27,444 nucleotides of DNA, taken from an uncultured Candidatus Saccharibacteria bacterium. Its GTDB lineage: Bacteria > Patescibacteriota > Minisyncoccia > UBA6257 > 2-01-FULL-56-20. Shown here piece by piece: positions 15,445 to 22,594 of this stretch. The DNA is taken from contig CAZTBQ010000002.1 of assembly GCA_964612445.1 (NCBI GenBank), positions 1-27,444 of the forward strand, read 5' to 3'. Both the position numbers and the translations under genes were made by a program. The notes under the pieces are model-generated. The model made no database searches and had not been told where the DNA came from. It saw nothing but the letters and a program-made list of their open reading frames with translations. How positions within the stretch are numbered: the first letter of the stretch is position 1; each line of letters begins with the position of its first letter.

Positions 15445-15990
15445 ATGAGTAGATTAGCTAGAAAACCGATAAAAGTTTCATCTGGAGTGACCGTTTCAAA
15501 TGACGGGCATGTGGTTTTGGTTAAGGGCCCAAAGGGTGAGCTTAAGATTAAACTTTTGTCTTTTGTAAAATTTGAAATTTCTGGCGATGAAGTTCAAATC
15601 ACAAAGACCGCGAATTCCAAGCAGGCTTTGGCAAACAGCGGAACGATGGTTGCGTTGCTAAAGAATGCGATTGAAGGAGTTGCTAATGGATTTATGAAAG
15701 TTTTGGAAATTGAAGGAGTTGGTTATAAAGCAACCATGGACGGAAAGAATTTAGTTTTAGCTTTGGGTTTTGTTAATCCGATAAAAGTTATTCCGCCGGA
15801 AGAAATTGCGATTACCGTTGAAAAGAACCAGATCAAAGTTTCTGGAATAGATCGAGGATTGGTTGGTCAGATTGCCGCAAAGATTCGCTCATATAAGAAA
15901 CCTGAACCTTATAAAGGAAAGGGAATTCACTATAAAGGCGAAGTTATTCAGCGCAAAGTCGGTAAGAAAGCCGGAGCAGCTGCTTCATAA
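15445..15990 (+). CDS. rplF: 50S ribosomal protein L6
   Basis: MSRLARKPI, KGPKGEL, GVGYKA, PEPYKGKGI. Confidence 0.99.
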   Translation: MSRLARKPIKVSSGVTVSNDGHVVLVKGPKGELKIKLLSFVKFEISGDEVQITKTANSKQALANSGTMVALLKNAIEGVANGFMKVLEIEGVGYKATMDGKNLVLALGFVNPIKVIPPEEIAITVEKNQIKVSGIDRGLVGQIAAKIRSYKKPEPYKGKGIHYKGEVIQRKVGKKAGAAAS

Positions 15991-15994
15991 AAAC

Positions 15995-16354
15995 ATGGAT
16001 AAAAATAGACAAAATTTTGCAAAAAAGTTAAGGCGTTCTCATCGAACTAAAGCGAAGCTTTTTGGTACTGCAAAAACACCAAGAATCGCAGTTTTCCGAA
16101 GTAACAGATTTGTTTCTGCTCAGGCTATTGATGATGAAAAGATGAATACTTTGGTTGCTGCAGAGAGCAAGAAGGTTACTAAGGGGAAAAAGATGAACAA
16201 GACCGAATCGGCAAAAGCAACCGGATTGGAATTGGGCAAGTTGCTTTTGGAAAAGGGTATTAAGAATGGAATTTTCGACCGACGATCCTACAGATATCAT
16301 GGTCGCGTGAAAGCTTTAGCCGAAGCTTTAAGAGAAGCAGGAATTAAGATATAA
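15995..16354 (+). CDS. rplR: 50S ribosomal protein L18
   Basis: ATG 15995 (the ORF-track start lies inside rplF); PRIAVFRSN, FDRRSYRYHGRVKALAEALREAG. Confidence 0.97.
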   Translation: MDKNRQNFAKKLRRSHRTKAKLFGTAKTPRIAVFRSNRFVSAQAIDDEKMNTLVAAESKKVTKGKKMNKTESAKATGLELGKLLLEKGIKNGIFDRRSYRYHGRVKALAEALREAGIKI

Positions 16355-16355
16355 A

Positions 16356-16928
16356 ATGTTTAACAATAACAGCAACAATAGAGGTCCTGGAGGTGGCGGA
16401 ATGGGTGGACGTCGAGGACCTGGTGGTCCCGGTGGATTCAGAAGAGGCCCACGACCGGAAATAAAAGATGAATTTAAAGACAAGGTTCTAGACTTGAGGC
16501 GTGTTACTCGCGTGGTCAAAGGAGGAAAAAGATTCCGTTTTCGCGCAACTGTAGTTATTGGTGATGAAAGAGGAAGGGTTGGTGTTGGAATCGGAAAAGG
16601 AGCCGATGTTGCTCAGTCTGTTGCTAAAGCTAAGGCTGACGCAAAGAAATCTATTTTGAAAATTTTCTTGAAAGACGGAAGAACTATTCCGCATGAATCA
16701 ATCGCTAAATATAGCGCTGCAACTGTTATTTTGAAGCCGGCAAAAGTTGGAAATGGACTTAAGGCTGGAGGTGCAGTTCGAGTAGTGTTGGCTCTTGCCG
16801 GAATTAAAGATGTTACCGCAAAAATTCTTTCTAGAACTCCGAATAAGCTTACTAATGCGATGGCGACCATTGAAGCTTTGAAGAAGATGAAAGTTTTAAA
16901 GCCGACAAAACCAGCAGCACAAAAGTAA
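16356..16928 (+). CDS. rpsE: 30S ribosomal protein S5 with Gly/Arg-rich N-terminal extension
   Basis: RVTRVVKGGKRFRF, VG.G.GK..DV, KPAKVGNG..AGG.VR.VL. Confidence 0.99.
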   Translation: MFNNNSNNRGPGGGGMGGRRGPGGPGGFRRGPRPEIKDEFKDKVLDLRRVTRVVKGGKRFRFRATVVIGDERGRVGVGIGKGADVAQSVAKAKADAKKSILKIFLKDGRTIPHESIAKYSAATVILKPAKVGNGLKAGGAVRVVLALAGIKDVTAKILSRTPNKLTNAMATIEALKKMKVLKPTKPAAQK

Positions 16929-16932
16929 AAAT

Positions 16933-17376
16933 ATGAAACTTTACGAATTAAAAAAAGATAAGGCCGCAAAGAAAGTTGCAACCCGCGTTGGACGTGGAGG
17001 AAAGCGTGGAACAACTTCTGGTCGCGGACAAAAAGGACAGAAGTCTCGTTCCGGTAGGAAAATGCGTCCTGCAGAGCGTGATTTGCTTATCCGAATTCCT
17101 AAGCTTCGCGGTTTTCGACATTCTCCAGTTTCAGATGCTAACTTGGTTTTAAATCTTGATGATTTGGACAAGAAATTTAAAGTTGGTCCTAAAGTTGGAA
17201 CAATTGTGGAAATGGAATCATTGAAGGCTGTTGGCTTGGTTCCTAAGAGATATGGCGGAAAGGTAAAAATACTCGGAGAAGGAGAGCTGTCAGTTCCTTT
17301 AACTATTAGAGGACTAAAGATTTCAAAGAGCGCCAAAGAGAAAATTGAGAAGGCGGGTGGCAAAATCGCGGAGTAA
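16933..17376 (+). CDS. rplO: 50S ribosomal protein L15
   Basis: RVGRGGKRGTTSGRGQKGQKSR, RIPKLRGF, KILGEG, AKEKIEKAGG. Confidence 0.99.
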   Translation: MKLYELKKDKAAKKVATRVGRGGKRGTTSGRGQKGQKSRSGRKMRPAERDLLIRIPKLRGFRHSPVSDANLVLNLDDLDKKFKVGPKVGTIVEMESLKAVGLVPKRYGGKVKILGEGELSVPLTIRGLKISKSAKEKIEKAGGKIAE

Positions 17377-17395
17377 ACTCCGCTTTTGCTATTTT
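17368..17395 (+). terminator. Terminator-like hairpin over the rplO stop codon
   Basis: GCGGAG-TAAA-CTCCGC then TTTTGCTATTTTT. Confidence 0.5.
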
Positions 17396-17422
17396 TAAAA
17401 CTTAAGGTAAGATATTTATTAC

Positions 17423-18694
17423 ATGCAGAAATTATTACAGATATTCACTATAAAGGACTTGAGAAATAAGGTTTTGACCGTAATTGGCCTGCTTTTAGCT
17501 TTCAGGGTGCTGGCTTCTGTGCCGATTCCTGGGGTAGATGCGGTTCGCTTGGGTCAATTTTTAGGATCCAGCCAACTTTTTGGATTTTTAAACCTATTTT
17601 CTGGAGGAGGTCTTAGTAAGCTTTCTTTGGCGATGCTTGCAGTTGGTCCTTATATTACTTCGACAATTATCATGCAATTGTTGACTATTATCTTTCCTAA
17701 ATTTAAGCAATTATATTACGAAGAAGGAGCTCGCGGGCAGGCAAAATTCAATCAATATTCAAGAATGCTCGCTGTTCCGCTTGGAATGCTTCAAGCGTTT
17801 GGATTTTTGAACTTGCTTATTTCTCAACAGGTAATCGTTCGACCGGATTTCATGGGAATGCTAACCAACGTGCTGGCAATCACTGCTGGTTCGATGCTTG
17901 CTTTGTGGTTCGGTGAGTTGATTAGCGAACAGAAGATTGGTAACGGAATTTCGCTGATAATCTTAGCCGGTATCGTTAGCTCTATTCCGAGCGCGATAAA
18001 ATTGGCATTTGTTTCTTATACTTCCGGAATGCTTCCAGCTTATATCGCTTATGCGGTTATTTTCGCGGCGGTAATCATGGCGGTTGTGTATCTTAACGAA
18101 GGCGAAAGAAAAATTCCGATTGCGTATGCCCGCCGAATTCGTGGAAATAAAATGTATGGCGGAGCAACCAGCTACTTGCCACTCAAAGTAAACCAGGCAG
18201 GAATGATCCCGCTAATATTCGCAATTTCTGTTTTGCTTTTCCCGCAAATTTTTGCGCAGATAATGACGGCAATTATTCCTAATGTTGGAATAGCAATTAA
18301 TTCGTTTGTTACTAGAATGATGGCGAATCAGCTAATCTATGGAGCTTTGTATTTCACTTTGGTTGTTGCTTTCACATTTTTCTATTCAGCGATCACTTTC
18401 AATCCGGATGAAGTTTCAAAGAATTTGCAGAGAGGTGGAGGATTTGTGATGGGAATTCGCCCAGGAGAAGCCACTTCAGTTTTCTTTAAGAGAATATTGA
18501 ATCGAGTGAATCTTTCCGGTGCAGTGTTCTTGGGTTTGATCGCAATCTTGCCGATTATTGTTCAGCAGTTAACGGGACTTTCCGCGTTTCAGATGAGCGG
18601 TACTGCATTGCTCATTACTGTTGCGGTTGTTCTTGAGACTATGAGGCAGGTGAATTCGCAGATGACGATGCGCGGATACGAGGCGTTCAATTAA
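17423..18694 (+). CDS. secY: Preprotein translocase subunit SecY
   Basis: GPYITSTIIMQLL, GIGNG-like KIGNGISLII, LPLKVNQAGMIPLIFA, GIRPG; about ten hydrophobic segments. Confidence 0.99.
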   Translation: MQKLLQIFTIKDLRNKVLTVIGLLLAFRVLASVPIPGVDAVRLGQFLGSSQLFGFLNLFSGGGLSKLSLAMLAVGPYITSTIIMQLLTIIFPKFKQLYYEEGARGQAKFNQYSRMLAVPLGMLQAFGFLNLLISQQVIVRPDFMGMLTNVLAITAGSMLALWFGELISEQKIGNGISLIILAGIVSSIPSAIKLAFVSYTSGMLPAYIAYAVIFAAVIMAVVYLNEGERKIPIAYARRIRGNKMYGGATSYLPLKVNQAGMIPLIFAISVLLFPQIFAQIMTAIIPNVGIAINSFVTRMMANQLIYGALYFTLVVAFTFFYSAITFNPDEVSKNLQRGGGFVMGIRPGEATSVFFKRILNRVNLSGAVFLGLIAILPIIVQQLTGLSAFQMSGTALLITVAVVLETMRQVNSQMTMRGYEAFN

Positions 18695-18820
18695 CACTTC
18701 GGAGTGACCGGAGTCGCAAAACTCCAGCGGTTTTGCGCTCCTGTATCTCGACACAAAAACTTTTCCTTCGGAAAAGACCAATCTTTTTGTGTCTCCGATA
18801 CCCACTCCAAAGTGTTAATT
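18689..18820. repeat. Multi-branch palindromic element (family M), copy B
   Basis: AATTAACACTTCGGAGTG / CACTCCAAAGTGTTAATT outer arms; GGAGTCGCAAAAC-TCCAGCG-GTTTTGCGCTCC; GACACAAAAA[CTTTTCC-TTCG-GAAAAG]ACCAATC-TTTTTGTGTC. Confidence 0.7.
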
Positions 18821-18957
18821 TTCGCGTGGTGAAAAAAACAAAGGCGAGGCAGGCACCCCCAAGAAGAGGTTAATTTCGCTGTGAGAAATAATATAATAGC
18901 CGAGCTTTTTGTGCCTGCGATAGCCAGTTCAAAGCGTTAATTTTCGCTGAGTGAAGA

Positions 18958-18988
18958 AATAAAAAACACCAGAAATGGTGTTTTATTT
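18958..18988. terminator. Bidirectional-type terminator between secY and the convergent gene
   Basis: AAAACACCA-GAAA-TGGTGTTTT with flanking A and T tracts. Confidence 0.7.
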
Positions 18989-19330
18989 GGTTAGTTCATC
19001 CCAGGAATTTGTTCCGTAGCCTTCAACGAAAAGTCGATTTGCTCCTACTCTCATAATTGAGGCAATACTGCTAAATCTGTGTACGTTTCGGATAAGTTTC
19101 GAACCGTTCAGTTTTTTGCTGGTTTTGAATCTCGGTGCGCAATGAATGGAAACGTGGCGGTCTTTTTTAATTTTGAATTTATTGAGCCTTTGTCGGCATT
19201 TTTTAAGCAGAACTTTTTTTGCCGCTTTTTGATTGTCTGCTTCGAATTCAAAATGAAAATAAGCGAATCGTGAATCTGTTTGGTTCTTGTTCCATGAGTT
19301 AATAACGACTGTCGCGCTGTAGGTTGCCAA
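18983..19330 (-). CDS. Hypothetical protein (about 115 aa from TTG 19330; ORF-track ATG at 19381)
   Basis: AGGAGG 6 nt before the TTG, and a minus-strand promoter lying downstream of the 19381 ATG, favour the TTG start. Confidence 0.65.
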   Translation of the reverse strand: MATYSATVVINSWNKNQTDSRFAYFHFEFEADNQKAAKKVLLKKCRQRLNKFKIKKDRHVSIHCAPRFKTSKKLNGSKLIRNVHRFSSIASIMRVGANRLFVEGYGTNSWDELTK

Positions 19331-19360
19331 TGGACTCCTCCTTTTAATTAACTGTCTTAG

Positions 19361-19388
19361 AGTATACGCTTTTTTCGCCATTTTTCAA
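19361..19388 (-). promoter_or_regulatory. Promoter for the minus-strand hypothetical gene
   Basis: TTGAAA (19388-19383), 16-nt spacer, TATACT (19366-19361). Confidence 0.55.
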
Positions 19389-19410
19389 TTAATCGTGTAG
19401 AATGATAAAC

Positions 19411-19458
19411 ATGCAAAAAGTAGTAATTCTTTATGGGGCTCCGGCTTGCCGGCCGTAG
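19411..19458 (+). pseudogene. Diverged remnant of the adk 5' end (MQKVVILYGAP-ACRP-stop)
   Basis: 19411-19444 match adk 19515-19548 at 28/34 nt; 5 of the 6 differences are synonymous and one gives V/I. Confidence 0.75.
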
Positions 19459-19514
19459 CTTTAGCGAAGGGATAAGCTGCTAAATAATAACAAAGTCAAA
19501 ATTCAAAAAACATA

Positions 19515-20189
19515 ATGCAGAAAGTCATAATTTTATATGGAGCTCCGGGAAGCGGAAAAGGGACACAGGCTAATTTGTTGGCGTCTAAATTTGACCTGAT
19601 TCATTTTGATACCGGAAAATTTATGGAAGCTGTGGTTCACGATCCAAAGAACCAGAAGAATGTGGAGATAAAAGCCGAAAGAAAGCTTTTCGATGGCGGT
19701 AAATTAATGACACCTTCGTTTGTTCTTAAGGTTGTCGACAAGGAAGCAAGAGAAATTCACAAAGCCGGTTACGGGATTGTTTTTAGTGGATCTCCGAGGA
19801 CGATGTACGAAGCCGAGGGTTTGATGCCGGACCTGATTAAGCTTTATGGCAAAGAGAATATACATGTTTTTGTTTTGGATGTTCCTGCCGCGGAATCCAT
19901 AAAGCGAAATAGCAACAGAATGATGTGTAAGTTTTGCGGTTATGGATTATTGACTGCATATTATGATGTTAAAAATCCGAAACACTGTCCGGTTTGTGGT
20001 GGTCCATTTTATAAGAGAAGTCTAGATAATCTGGAGACAATCAAAGTTCGTCTCAAAGAATACAACGAAAGAACTGCGCCTATTTTTGGATACATGAAAA
20101 AGAATAAAATTAAGCAAGTAAAAATTGATGCTAAGCCAGCGCCATTCAAAGTTTTTGAGAAAATTGTCAAAGAATTGAAGATAAAATGA
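19515..20189 (+). CDS. adk: Adenylate kinase, long Zn-binding LID type
   Basis: GAPGSGKGTQA P-loop; CKFC...CPVC in the LID; R..D..E....RL..Y...T.P. Confidence 0.95.
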   Translation: MQKVIILYGAPGSGKGTQANLLASKFDLIHFDTGKFMEAVVHDPKNQKNVEIKAERKLFDGGKLMTPSFVLKVVDKEAREIHKAGYGIVFSGSPRTMYEAEGLMPDLIKLYGKENIHVFVLDVPAAESIKRNSNRMMCKFCGYGLLTAYYDVKNPKHCPVCGGPFYKRSLDNLETIKVRLKEYNERTAPIFGYMKKNKIKQVKIDAKPAPFKVFEKIVKELKIK

Positions 20190-20947
20190 TTAGTATAAAA
20201 AGCGAAGAAGAAATTAAAATAATGCGCGAGGCCGGCAGGAAGCTGGCTGGGGTTTTGGATATTTTAAAAACTTTTCCGCGAGAGGGAATGGCAACTATTG
20301 AGATTGATGAGTTTGCGAGAAAGTTGATAGAAGAGACGGGATCGAAGCCGGCATTTTTGGGATACAAACCATACGGAGCCGCTAGCCCGTATCCATTTAC
20401 TACCTGCATATCTGTTAATAGCACCGTAGTCCATGGATTGCCGTCCGATTATGTTTTACAAAGCGGCGATTTGTTAAAAATCGATTTAGGCTTAATCCAC
20501 GAAAAATATTATTCGGATATGGCAATTACTTTGCCGATAGGAACTGTGTCGGCGGAAGCAAAGAAATTAATAGCGGTTACCGAAGAAGCTTTGTATTTGG
20601 GAATAAAAGAAGTTCAGCCAGGAAAACATTTGGGTGATATTGGTTTTGCTATCCACTCTAGAGTTAAAAGCGCTGGATTTTCAATTGTAGACTCTTTGAC
20701 TGGTCATGGCATTGGCAAGAAGCTCCACGAAGATCCATATGTTTTTAATTTTGGAAAACCAGGGGAAGGTGAGAGGCTCGTGCCAGGAATGGTGCTAGCT
20801 TTGGAGCCGATGACGGCTTTGGGTAAGCGCGCCGTAAAACAATTGGATGACGATAGTTTTGTGACGGCGGATGATTCACTTTCGGCACATTTTGAACATA
20901 CGGTTTTGGTGACCGAGGGAGACCCGGAGATTTTGACCAAGCCATAA
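20186..20947 (+). CDS. map: Methionine aminopeptidase type I
   Basis: CISVNSTVVHGLP, DLG, GHGIG..LHEDP, EPM, SAHFEHT; ATGA overlap with the adk stop. Confidence 0.98.
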   Translation: MISIKSEEEIKIMREAGRKLAGVLDILKTFPREGMATIEIDEFARKLIEETGSKPAFLGYKPYGAASPYPFTTCISVNSTVVHGLPSDYVLQSGDLLKIDLGLIHEKYYSDMAITLPIGTVSAEAKKLIAVTEEALYLGIKEVQPGKHLGDIGFAIHSRVKSAGFSIVDSLTGHGIGKKLHEDPYVFNFGKPGEGERLVPGMVLALEPMTALGKRAVKQLDDDSFVTADDSLSAHFEHTVLVTEGDPEILTKP

Positions 20948-20990
20948 CTTTGTGGTATTTTATTGGTAGTAAAAAAACGGAGGTGGAGTG

Positions 20991-21212
20991 ATGAGCTTTT
21001 TGGATGTTCTGCTCTGGATCGGCGTGGTTTATTTTGCGGTTTTTGTGTTTGTTCTGGTTGGGTTCTCTATCATTACGGACGGGTTTCGAAACACTTCCGG
21101 GAAGTTCAGTGATAGGGTTTTCCGTGGCGCATTTGCTATTTCATTTTTTTGGTTTCCTTCTTTGATAATTATACTTGTGCTTTGGTTCCTCGTAGATTTT
21201 GTCGAACCCTAG
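20991..21212 (+). CDS. Small two-helix membrane protein, hypothetical
   Basis: GGAGGT (20979-20984) 6 nt before ATG 20991; two hydrophobic segments; followed by a terminator. Confidence 0.7.
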   Translation: MSFLDVLLWIGVVYFAVFVFVLVGFSIITDGFRNTSGKFSDRVFRGAFAISFFWFPSLIIILVLWFLVDFVEP

Positions 21213-21225
21213 TTGTTTCTTGATG

Positions 21226-21254
21226 TCCCCCGCACTTTGCGGGGATTTGTTTTT
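21226..21254 (+). terminator. Intrinsic terminator
   Basis: CCCCGCA-CTT-TGCGGGG followed by ATTTGTTTTT. Confidence 0.65.
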
Positions 21255-21278
21255 ATGATGATGCTGGGTAGGTGTTTA

Positions 21279-21287
21279 TGTTATAAT
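21279..21287 (+). promoter_or_regulatory. Extended -10 promoter
   Basis: TG-T-TATAAT, 8 nt before ATG 21296. Confidence 0.65.
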
Positions 21288-21295
21288 AGACGTAT

Positions 21296-22039
21296 ATGAA
21301 TAAACCATTTTTATCCGTAGTTATTCCGGCATATAACGAAGCAAAGAGATTGCCGTCTACTTTAGTTGATATTGATAAATATTTAAGCAAGGTTGAATAT
21401 TCTTACGAAATATTGGTTGTTAATGATGGTTCAAAAGATAATACAGCGGATGTTGTCCGGAAAATGGCAGGAACGATAAAAAATTTGCGAGTTGTTGATA
21501 ATCCGGTTAATCGTGGGAAGGGAGCTGTTGTCCACGACGGAATGTTAATTGCTAAAGGAAATTATCGTTTATTTACTGATGCGGACAATTCTACTTCGGT
21601 TGATCAGTTTGAGAAGATGTTGCCGCTTTTTAAAGAGGGTGCAGACGTGGTTATTGGTTCTCGGGCGGTTAAGGGAGCAAAGCTAGAACCTGCGGAACCT
21701 ATTTATCGACAGATTCCGGGTAAGTTGGGAAATTTATTAATTCAAGCATTACTTTTGCCGGGAATTTGGGATACGCAATGTGGCTTTAAAGCTTTTAGCG
21801 AAAAAGCAGCCGAAGATGTTTTTAGATATTTAAAGATAACTGGATGGGGATTCGATATTGAAGCCTTGGCGCTTTCAAAGAAACTGGGCTATTCAATTAA
21901 GGAGATTCCGGTTCGCTGGGTCAATATGGCAGAAGGGTCAAAAATTGGAATGTCGGCTTACTTGAAAGTTTTACTTGAAACCTTTAAAATCCGCCTATGG
22001 CTTTGGACGGGGAAATACCCAATAAAAACTAATAACTAG
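21296..22039 (+). CDS. GT2 glycosyltransferase, dolichyl/polyprenyl-phosphate glucosyltransferase (Alg5/DPG-synthase)-like
   Basis: SVVIPAYNE, VVNDGSKD, NRGKG, FTDAD, DTQCGFK, GFDIE motifs. Confidence 0.9.
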   Translation: MNKPFLSVVIPAYNEAKRLPSTLVDIDKYLSKVEYSYEILVVNDGSKDNTADVVRKMAGTIKNLRVVDNPVNRGKGAVVHDGMLIAKGNYRLFTDADNSTSVDQFEKMLPLFKEGADVVIGSRAVKGAKLEPAEPIYRQIPGKLGNLLIQALLLPGIWDTQCGFKAFSEKAAEDVFRYLKITGWGFDIEALALSKKLGYSIKEIPVRWVNMAEGSKIGMSAYLKVLLETFKIRLWLWTGKYPIKTNN

Positions 22040-22114
22040 TCACTAATAACCAATAACTAAAATCCCTAGAGCTAATAACAGTAATTTCTATTTGTTATAA
22101 GTTATCAGTTATAA
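22028..22114. repeat. Short heptamer tandem repeats
   Basis: ACTAATA ACTAGTC ACTAATA ACCAATA ACTAAAA (22028-22062) and GTTATAA GTTATCA GTTATAA (22094-22114). Confidence 0.65.
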
Positions 22115-22132
22115 GCCGCAAGTAAAAATACA

Positions 22133-22591
22133 ATGACATATTATTTAACAGCAGAAAGATTCGAAGATCTAAAAAAAGAATTGGAAAATTTAAAGACCGT
22201 AAAGCGACAGGAAATTGCCGACAGGTTGAAGCGCGCAAAGGAATTTGGTGATTTGTCCGAGAATTCCGAATATACGGAGGCGAGAGAGGAGCAGTCTGAG
22301 GTAGAAGCAAGAATTTATGAGCTGGAAGAAATGATTAAGCACGCCGCGATTATTAAGAAGGGCGGGCATGCAACCGGCGTGGTTCATGTTGGTTCTACGA
22401 TAAAAGTTAAGAAAGGCACAAAAGAGATCAGCTACACAATTGTTGGTTCGGACGAATCTAATCCGGAAGAAAATAAAATTTCCAATGAGTCACCTTTGGG
22501 CCGCGCGTTTCTTGGAAAAAAAGCCGGAGATGTTGCCGAAATTGAAACTCCAAGCGGGAAAATTGATTTAAAAATTTTGAGCGTTGATTAA
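22133..22591 (+). CDS. greA: Transcription elongation factor GreA
   Basis: AKEFGDLSENSEY..A...Q, ISNESPLGRA.LGK..GD. Confidence 0.97.
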   Translation: MTYYLTAERFEDLKKELENLKTVKRQEIADRLKRAKEFGDLSENSEYTEAREEQSEVEARIYELEEMIKHAAIIKKGGHATGVVHVGSTIKVKKGTKEISYTIVGSDESNPEENKISNESPLGRAFLGKKAGDVAEIETPSGKIDLKILSVD

Positions 22592-22594
22592 AAA

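Noticed and set aside
15863-15994. Apparent N-terminal extension of L18 (likewise the short extra N-termini on L29 and L24)
   Set aside because: These starts lie inside the preceding genes; downstream ATGs give normal-length proteins.
18814-18960. CRISPR array as a feature call
   Set aside because: Only three degenerate repeats, unequal spacers that pair with each other, and no cas genes; kept only as a low-interest finding.
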